Shown: positions 55,184-64,000 of the stretch, piece after piece
Position numbering within the stretch: the stretch's first letter is position 1
Layout: every line of letters starts with the position of its first letter
Assembly: GCA_040954595.2 (NCBI GenBank)
Contig: CM082576.2
Location: 4,004,760 to 4,068,759, forward strand
Length of the DNA: 64,000 nt
DNA from: Balanoglossus misakiensis
Lineage: Eukaryota > Animalia > Hemichordata
Reading direction: 5' to 3'
Position numbers and translations under genes: made by a program
The notes under the pieces: model-generated
What the model was told of the DNA's origin: nothing
Database searches by the model: none
The model's input: the letters and a program-made list of their open reading frames with translations, nothing else

Positions 55184-58085
55184 TCAATGAATGTCTTCAT
55201 GGTGTTCGGTTACTTCGTCCAACTGGTCATCGAAGAAGTTGTCCGCAAATCGAAACATTTGCCTGAGGGCGCTCAACGCCAGAATGTCAACTTTGGTGTC
55301 CAATTCCAGCTCACTTTCGTAGTTTTTAACGGGCAGTATACTAGAACGAGGAAGGCCCAGTTTGTGACTGATTTCCTCGACCTTTTCGCGCACATATTTA
55401 CTCCTGTAAACCAGGGCCAGGTCTCGGTTGACGTACGGACAAGCTGTGTCGATCTTCGTCAATAGTACTATTAGTGGAATACCTGTTGAGAAGAGTGAGA
55501 CAAGGAGTGGGTATAAGAATATTAACAAGTTATGTGAACTAAACGTTACAAAATATCATGATATTTTCTGGATTTCATGAGTTCTACATTTCTACCGTGG
55601 TTGAGTGTTCGCAATACCCTAACACTGTCAGTAAAACCAGAAAAAAGCGAAGGTTGATATTGATGAAATTCGAATTCAGTAAACGTACCTCTCTGGTTCA
55701 CGTGAGTTCTCATAGCAGCAAACTTTTCGATAATTGCGGGTGACATCACACTGACAATACTGCAGTCCACAACGAAAACCACACAGTGTACTTTCTGGGC
55801 GAGAGATGGCGTTGTGTTGAAACCAGGCACTTCTGGAGTGATCTGCTCGTCGGGGTTGAACTGTGAGTGGAGAATTGGTAGTTGATAGTTTAACTTTCGT
55901 GGCTTCAGTTGTGGTGGTGTCTTGACTGCATGGAACTACATATTTAACGTGTGTATTCGGCATACTGTTTTTGCCGCCACTTTTATCAACCAGTCACTCG
56001 AGACCATACTGAATTTGCTCTAGGTTATGTCAATGAAATAACTCGTGCCACTGAAAGGAGTGATGATTTTACCAACAAGACAAACAGAGATGAATGTTAC
56101 AAACTTGCCTGATATCTATCCGGAATATTACCATCCAACAAATACGGGACATCACTGACATCCAATCCCATCGATTCTTCAAGTCCCATGGTATCACAGA
56201 GTCTGAAATTCAGGGGGTCTCCTCCTCTACTCGCACGAACCTCATACGTGCGAAACTGAACATGGGACAGAGGAAACAGGGTGAAGTATTTAGGGTTGTG
56301 TGTTTATATAAATATGTGTCGTGTCAGACCCTACCCAACTCAATCGTCTATACCTACCCGTGTCGTGAGACTGTGAGGAACGCTCCCCATATTGGCCTGA
56401 CTTGTCACGTGACCACGGTAGATGGAGTTGATGGTGTTGAAGAAGCTCGATTTGCCGGCGCCTATCTGCCCCAGCATCAGAATACGGAACTGCCTTACGC
56501 CGAAACACTCCAAGGGTCTGTGATGAGCGACTTCTTGCTTCAAATTGGCCCGCGTTCTGGAAGATTAAATGAGTCAAATTAATTAGCAACCTATTGAACA
56601 TTCCAATATAACGTCAAGAAATTGCTGGCGTCACTGACAATTAATAAGGGAAAAAATGCTAAAAATGGCGGCACTCACTGTTCGTCCCAATGTTGTTTCC
56701 TCCATGACTCAGATTCGGGAAGTAGACCGCCTTTGCTCTGATGAGGCTTTGTGGAAATTTCAACTGCAGGGGAGACCAAGTTTGTTTTCGCCAAGTTCTG
56801 TCGTCGTCCTAATTGCAGTATAGGTCGCGAATCGTTCCTGTATGAGTCTCGTCCTTCAGATGTTGACGGCACTGGCCCCAGCGTTGGCGAGTCTGTGGAA
56901 AAATTTGCGTGCTTTAGTTTAGAGTCAAGGGAAATGAGAACGTCCGACAACAATGTGAGGTTTCTTTTGGCTGTTGGCTCTATTTCTGATTCAGAAAATG
57001 TTCAATTTGATTCGCTGCCAAATGAATGAAACTCAAGAATGCTTCCAGGTTTTGCTGATAATTATTTGTATGGCCGACCCTTAATACCTGTTAATTGATA
57101 AACTTCGATTTCTTTGAAATTAAAATCGTTCGGTCCGAGCAGATCGTGTGGTTCGAATTTCTCGAAGTCAAAATTCCCAGTTGCTCCCGGCTGGCAAAAC
57201 CCGTTGGTCTTCGTGAAACCGTTGATTCCCTTCCGGTGAGGACCGTGGAATAATGTCAGCGTACTCCCAACTGCTCCGAACGACGGTCCGTATGAAGCTT
57301 TGTGGTAAACCTGGCACTGGTGGAGATATCGGTGACGAAGGATTAAAGGGACAGTAGATGGAATTTTTGGTGATGATTTCACTATTCTTGTTCTACTCAC
57401 TAGCTTCTCAACAAAGTATATATGCTTGTAAAGTGCCATGTTATTGTTGATATTTGAATTTTATTCCGGACTAAAAATCGGTTGTGAACGATAAATGCGA
57501 ACGATAGATTTTGGCAAAAATGCACAGTTGCAACGTACCCGTTGGTGATCGCTGTACACAGCCATTGATCTCCTGACGAACGGGTCAAATATGTCATGTC
57601 CGCTGTACAGACGGAAGAGAAACGCTGTGTTGTCCTGCTTGCCTTGATTGACACTGCTCCACGGAATCTGCGTGTATCCCCCAAAGACGTAACCGTACGA
57701 GTTGTAGACCACGGTGACTGTATCTTCTCTGCCGTCGCACAGTCGGTGGAACACGGTCGGGTCGAACCCGCTCACCGAAGCTTTGTAAATGAGTAGAAAC
57801 TGCGCGTAGGGGCGCTTTAACCAGTGACGTAGTTGGTCGATGTCTTTGGCCGCCAACATGCGCGGTGCCGGGCCGGGGAGATTGCTCCGCCGTGGGGACA
57901 GATCCTCACCCCTTTCATTGTCTGTAAAGTGTACCACAAAGAATTATCTTCTGTTTAATTTATTAAAGATGAAACGGTAACGGTGTTGTATTTTGTATAA
58001 AGGTTGCGCACAATCATGTATGTAACTCACCGGATGCCGACGTTACAGACTGATTTTCTATGATGGAGACCGCCTCTTCTCTCAT
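55184..58085 (-). CDS. IFI44/IFI44L-like protein (TLDc + P-loop NTPase); about 8 exons (58085-58031, 57921-57539, ~57316-57088, ~56985-56678, ~56557-56357, ~56255-56109, 55860-55689, ~55481-55184)
   Basis: TLDc motifs LIYKASVSGF..FHRLCDGREDTVTV..GYVFGGYT..AFLF..YGPSFG..EIEVY. P-loop motifs RILMLGQIGAGKSSFFNTINS, LCDTMGLEE, KVHCVVFVVD, LLTKID and PVKNYESELELD..DILALSALRQM. Confidence 0.9.
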
Positions 58086-61000
58086 ACTGGCATCGTCGTC
58101 TTCTGTTTTGGAAAAAAAATGAAGGTGATATTTCAGACTTCAGTGTGCGATAAACGACGCCAATCCGCGAAGGCCAACGGAGCCTCATTTGCGAAGTGGT
58201 GCCACATTGTTTCGAATACAAAATACAAACTATTACGTTTGACCCCACCCCCCCCCCCCCCAGAAAATACCTGTGCTGCAACTCAAAACGGTATTTCGTT
58301 GAGGAAGACTTTGGTGTCTCAAACTCAGAGATTTGATGGCGAAAAAATAAGACACTTCGTTCTCGAAGCTGAGCTCACTCTGACTTCTAAAAACGATGGT
58401 TTCAATGACATCAGTTATTCGGGGTCGGTATATTCATTTGATGTAAATCAAAACAGGAAAAATACAAAGCATTGTCATTTTGATCGATTGCAGCAAGGTC
58501 GCAGCAGCTTATAGTTAAAGGTTCTCTTGTTGTCACTTTTTAAACAGCTGACCTCTGACAGGCGTTGCGTAAGAACGCGCTCGTTTGCATATAACGTTTC
58601 ATTTCGCTGTATGGGTTTTACAGACGTTGGCCATGCATGGAGTTATAATCGACAAACAACAAAGAAATGTGCCAAAGGCCGGTTCCAGAGACAATGACAA
58701 CAGTCCTTCTATTTTGTAAACAGACAAAACGTGACGATGCTGAAATGGAAATGTTTTTGCTTCATCAAAATTAATCAAGTATTTCTGGCGCTTGTGTGTA
58801 TTAATGCAGCGTGATAAATTTCACGAATAAAATTCACTATTTATATTTTCATAACTATGGAGGCGATCAAAGAAAAGAGCAATACTGTGCAGTATGATTA
58901 GGAAATAATTATTTTGGATAAAATGTGCAAAGGATTTTGCTGCGAGTGGCAAAGACAAATCGCTAAAATGCTTGTGTGGCTAATTAAGCAACTACAGTGT
59001 ATGACAGAGCCAATGTTCAATGATTCTACAAATAATTAACGTACCACTTGGTTGGTATCCGTCCTCTATACTAGTCACGTCCTCTGCCAAATTATTCATG
59101 GAATGAGCTTAGAGCAACTGCCAAGGCAAACATATGAAATAATTGAAAGTGAAAATATATTAGACTCGTGCATATATCGGACAGACCCGTGCATTGTTCG
59201 TGCGTTGTTGAAAATGGTGAAAGTGGTTTAAGAAAAGTGTCGAGTGAGGGTGAGAAGCATAGCAAAAGGATTCCTTCTGAAGCTTGTGCATAAACAACTA
59301 TCTTGTGTATAAACAAGACAGAGCGAGTGGTGTAAAGATGTGTATGTAAGTTACCACAGAGTAACAAACCTTTAACAATATTTTAATTTTTTTCCGAGCG
59401 GTACTGAAATCATAAGACCGTGAATTGTGGGCTCGGTAACCTTTGTGACTATTGTTACTGATTCCTTTTTATGAAGAAGTGGGGCACACAAGCGAGTAGA
59501 AATGAACGGGTGATAAAAACACGAGTGGAGACGATGTTCCCCTCCCTTTTTGTATTGTCGGACACAATGGGATCGGTGGAGATTCGGAATTTGAAATCTT
59601 TTGTGTTCGGTGTCATCGTAGGCCGCGAGATATTTGTGGTCTTTGGTCTCAGAACGTCAAAAGATCCCCTTTGAAATGGACAGTCCTACTGAAAGGAAGT
59701 GAATCATGTATGGCATTGTAAAAAAATATAATTGATCTCCATATATCCGACTAAGAAAAATACCACGTGATATAGTTTTCAACAGGCCGATTTTCTCTGC
59801 TCGCGTTCGTCAGTTTTGGCATCTACCCAGACAGTCTGGATCCAGAATTCCGTAATCTATTGTCTGGGATCGAATTACGCTTTACCGGGCCACGGGTAAT
59901 GGTCGATTTATAAAAGAAGTCATGGAGGAATCACGGTGTATGTCCATGACGAAGAAAACCCTGTCTGAAAAGGGAATGTTTATGACGTTTCGTGTGTGTG
60001 AACATTTTTTTAAGTAGTAGTGGTCACAACCGGAGAGCGAGAGCTGTACATTTCATGCATCCACGTTCCCATATGGGACAACAAGAAGTCGTCCTAAACA
60101 CAATTTAGTTCATGAACGGTCACTCTTTTTGTATGAGCCAGTGTGGTTCACATGGTCCAGTGTACCGTATCGTCACTCTGCATTCGGATTTCCTCGCTAC
60201 ATTTACGATCTGTTCTGCCATCCGGACAGATTTGATTTCATAACTTTTCAAAAATTAAAGTCGGTCATATTAAACATGTGCTCCTCTTGTGTGATGTCTT
60301 TGTGGCGATCCGGCGACCACAATAGCGGCGAGTCGAAAGGTGAAAAGATGCTGTCATAAACGGACAAATAACCAGGCCTTAAAACTGCCTCGATACCTAC
60401 CGAAACAGCAATGGCAACTTTCCAATGTATTCTCCGACTGTTAAACCTGGTGGTCTGCGATCGACGTTGATGACCCGATCTTCGACGAGGGCGATGGTTA
60501 TGACGATAACGCCAGTTCAGCTGACAGTTGGGTATATACGGTGTATGGCTGTAAATATTGCTGGAGCCAGTGCCGGGTCGGGCATGTGTCAACAAAGCGT
60601 ATACCACTATGGCTGCTTTGCGCATAAATAGAAATACTGGGTCACGACGGAAAGGTATGAGGCGGGTCTACCGTATTGTAATGAAGAGTGGACCAGGTGG
60701 TCTCACTCCCCTGTCGCTCCTCAGATATTCGACAAATTACCGCGCAAACGACGACCCCTCGGCAGCTGCGTTCGACACACAAAAATTATGAAATCGGAAT
60801 ATTCAAAAGTGAAAGTGTTTCTAACGTTATGTTTTCGCGTTTTCGTTGAGTAAAGTGGAAAATTAACGACCGCTATTACGTGGTATACGGACGCTTTTCG
60901 GGACAGCGTAATAGGTATTATAAAGAATGCACAATTCATGAGCATTCTAATGTAAATCACGTTGTGCGGAGTATGCGCATAACAACGTCGCCTCCATTTT

Positions 61001-61203
61001 TTGTCGCTTTCCTATCCGGGCGACGTAGCAGCCGCTCCGACGGTTTGTTTATACTCTTGCATAAGGTTTCAGCCGCATTATGGAGATACTTCATGGACGG
61101 ATCTTTTTCCAATCAGGGTCCTACTACTGAGCGTTGACATCGTGCGCGTGAATGAACGACTGAAGACCCGCCGAAGTGAATTTCCGATCTATGCAAAAAG
61201 CTT

Positions 61204-64000
61204 ATGTCTTCTCCGGAAAAGAATCTGAACGCCCCGGAAAGGCGTCCTGCCAGTTCAGGCAGCAAGAAGCAGGAAGGCGTTTCACGCAAGATGGCGGCGA
61301 CCAACAACGCTCAGGACACCGGAAAGCGCAGTGGCTGGCTAGGCCTCTCCAGATCCAAAAAGAAGTATAATTTTCGGACCCACCCCACCTATTCGGAACC
61401 CCCAGACGAAGACCCCCATGCCAAGCAACCGGAAGACAAACGCGATATCCCGACGCTTTTGGAACGTTTGGACGTAAGTAACTTTCACTGTGTTGCCTGT
61501 GATCTGATAAAGCACGGGCAGGCCTAAATTTTTGGTAAATTACCATTGTTGCAATACAGCCCTTCAGATTGGAAAGTGCTCGTTTCTACTTGAAGTGTTG
61601 GGAAAGTCACTGAGTAAACAGGCTTGCTAGGGTTTCATTCTTATCTTTGGAGTGTGGGCCCTACATGTTGGTCCCAGGGGCTGCTGAAGTTTGCACTTGT
61701 TACAGTGGCGGTGTCACTTTAGTGCGAGGTGTCACGGACGATGGGCAATGCCTCCGGGAATTTGCAAACGCACCACGAAATATTTCCTGTCCAAACGCTT
61801 AAGAACGGTTCTTAATCGTAAGAATCTCCCATTGTGTCAGTTCGCTAGGTTTGAAAAGCGGACAAGTTGTCTATGCTCCAAAGTTGCCAAATTAGGTGCT
61901 TTATTGAGTCGGCTCAAGTGACGTCACAATTAACCTCTTTGTTTTCATGGGGGAAACCATTGAAAAGCCCGCTGCACCTCCCTGCCGTTCTTTCAATTCA
62001 ACCCACGCTGGTTGCATTCCTGGCGTTAAATCTGGCCGCAGTAAGACGCCTCCATAAAACCCTGTAGGAGATCCTATGATATACTATACACATGTGACCC
62101 AAATTTGATTTGACCAGTGGATCGGCAGCGGAGAACATCAACCACCTGTTGATTTCAGACTTCTGTCCGATCTCTGCTACTGTGTACGCGAGCAGTATAA
62201 AAAGCAATTACCCTGCGCACGGTCACTGGTGACCGTGACCAGTGCTTGCGATTAGGTGCTAATCAAATCCAACGCTACCGTGTTAGTATTAACAACAGCG
62301 ATATCTGTTGTTCCCCCTTTCCCGACGGTATTATGTATACCCTAGCTCTATGTAAACCACACAATAACATGATTTGGGGCGTAGCTCTGTACAGCCCGAT
62401 TGACTCCAAAAGCAAATTGGCAAAATTATTTAGATTGGCTGACCTCAGTTGAAGTCGCATTTCAGGTCGAGTTCATACATGTATGCCCAAATAAGACAAC
62501 CAATACTTTCTCTGGAGAGTGTGTTAAGTTCAACACGGGCAATTTCACTAGGGCACGGTACATTTGATTGACGTTTTTCGATGAAAGTGGGGACATACAA
62601 CTGTCCGCCCTCTTGCCTTATCAAACTTACAGGCTTGTAAAAAGTCTACCACTCTCATAAAACCGCGGAAGAAATTCCTGCTCTTCTGGGCCTCCACTCA
62701 CAATAAAGTGTCACTTTACACCCCTCACTTTGTGACTCAAGGTCTACAGTGGTAAATTTTAGACGTTGAAACGCACGCATGTGCACCATATATCTGATGT
62801 GAGACCGGTGACCCGGATCGCCAGAACGCCCATGGCGAACGTTAGTTAGCCACTGCGGCATGGAGGGCCTTAGAACTGAATATATTTTCCTCAGCCCAAC
62901 AACGATTGTCTTTGACAGAACAAAATTAACTGCAATTTGAATTTAAAGGAAAGGATTAGTTTGGATCCGATAAACCACATTCACGTTGAAGATAGAAAAG
63001 GTCAATGAATAAAAGTCGTGACAGGATTGGCCAGAGGGATTATTTATGCGGGACAACAGAGTTAACGACCTCGAACATTCAAGCGGCAATGAAACCATCT
63101 CACCATGCATGGCTAAATTCGACAAGAGGAGAGGCGACGACCCGCCCCTGTGGCCAAAGTCGATCAAAACGGTGGCTTTATCTACATTTATCGGACCACG
63201 ATTGGCCAGTCAGACTCTTCCCAGTGCTGTTACTGGTTAAACTTGTATTATGTAGTTATGTCGTCACCACCTCAAGTTTGGTCAGAAAATATCCCCTTGA
63301 CACTTTTACCTCAGTGACCTACAAGGGAGAATGGACAACAGTATTATTTATGTGTTTATTGTTAGGAATGGGGTCTCTGCATCTATACAGGAGCTTAGAG
63401 GACCATGTTTATGGCAACTTATGCTCTGGTCGACGACAAAATTTGGTCCTTCAAGTATGCATATGCATGTACATGTACATATCCGTTCAGTCACAGTACA
63501 CTCACAGGTATTTGCATGTTTGTTATTATTATTTTTGTTTTGTTTTTTTCCCTTGCTTAGAATTTGGAACACTCAAACAGCGATGACATCATAGCATTGC
63601 AGAAGATCGTAATTTCGCGCCTTGTCGAGGAAAACAAGTTGCTGAAATCACAGAAATCGTACGCCGACGTTCTAAAGGCGGAAACCGTTGAATTAAAGAA
63701 GGAAATCAAAGACCTAAAAGACAACAGGACTATGCAAGAGTTCTTACAGAAGGACCACATCAAACAAAATGGCGTCAATATTGACGACTCCAACAGTATG
63801 GTGGTTGAGGCGCTGACCAAGGAAATCAAGGACCTGAAAGCAGAAACCTCTCGAATGAAGATAGTTAACGATCAACTCAAGTACGCTAAAGAACAGTTAC
63901 AGGTAGCACTTGACCATCAGTCGAGGCAGATGAAGGAACAGACAGGAACCGTGCCTCAAAGTTCACAAAACGGCCTCCCTCAGATGAACGGTCATCACCA
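61204..64000 (+). CDS. 5' part of an uncharacterised coiled-coil protein; exons 61204-61472 and 63561->64000
   Basis: ORF MSSPEKNL...LLERLD ends at a GAC|GTAAGT donor. After a pyrimidine-rich acceptor (ccttgcttAG, 63560) a phase-0 frame stays open to the window end (NLEHSNSDDIIALQKIVISRLVEENKLLK..LKKEIKDLKD..LTKEIKDLKAE), with heptad character. Additional intervening exons are not excluded. Confidence 0.7.

Noticed and set aside
63005-63586. 193-aa ORF, and an NDLEHSSGNE peptide (63046-63240) resembling the NLEHSNSDD exon start
   Set aside because: No domain signal and the similarity is too short to support a duplicated exon. Probably intronic.

Overview
This is intron-rich eukaryotic DNA, probably from an invertebrate deuterostome (hemichordate- or echinoderm-like; inferred from gene structure and protein similarity, not proven). 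I reconstructed ten protein-coding genes by hand from splice sites and reading frames. In order they are: the 3' part of a double LamG/pentraxin-fold protein (+); two tandem Mab-21/cGAS-like (cGLR-fold) paralogs (-) with degenerate nucleotidyltransferase motifs; cornichon CNIH4 (+) with a U12-type first intron; PP2C phosphatase PPM1A/B (+); ALKBH6 (-); Dicer (+); a GABA-B-like class C GPCR (+) with a C-type lectin module inserted in its Venus flytrap domain; an IFI44-like TLDc/P-loop protein (-); and the 5' part of an unknown coiled-coil gene (+). There are also MITE-like inverted repeats and microsatellites. The most notable signals are the lectin-inserted class C GPCR, the Mab-21/cGLR pair with differently eroded active sites, and the co-location of several nucleic-acid-immunity gene families, with IRF-like motifs upstream of the IFI44-like gene. 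Exon boundaries were read manually and may be off by a few bases.
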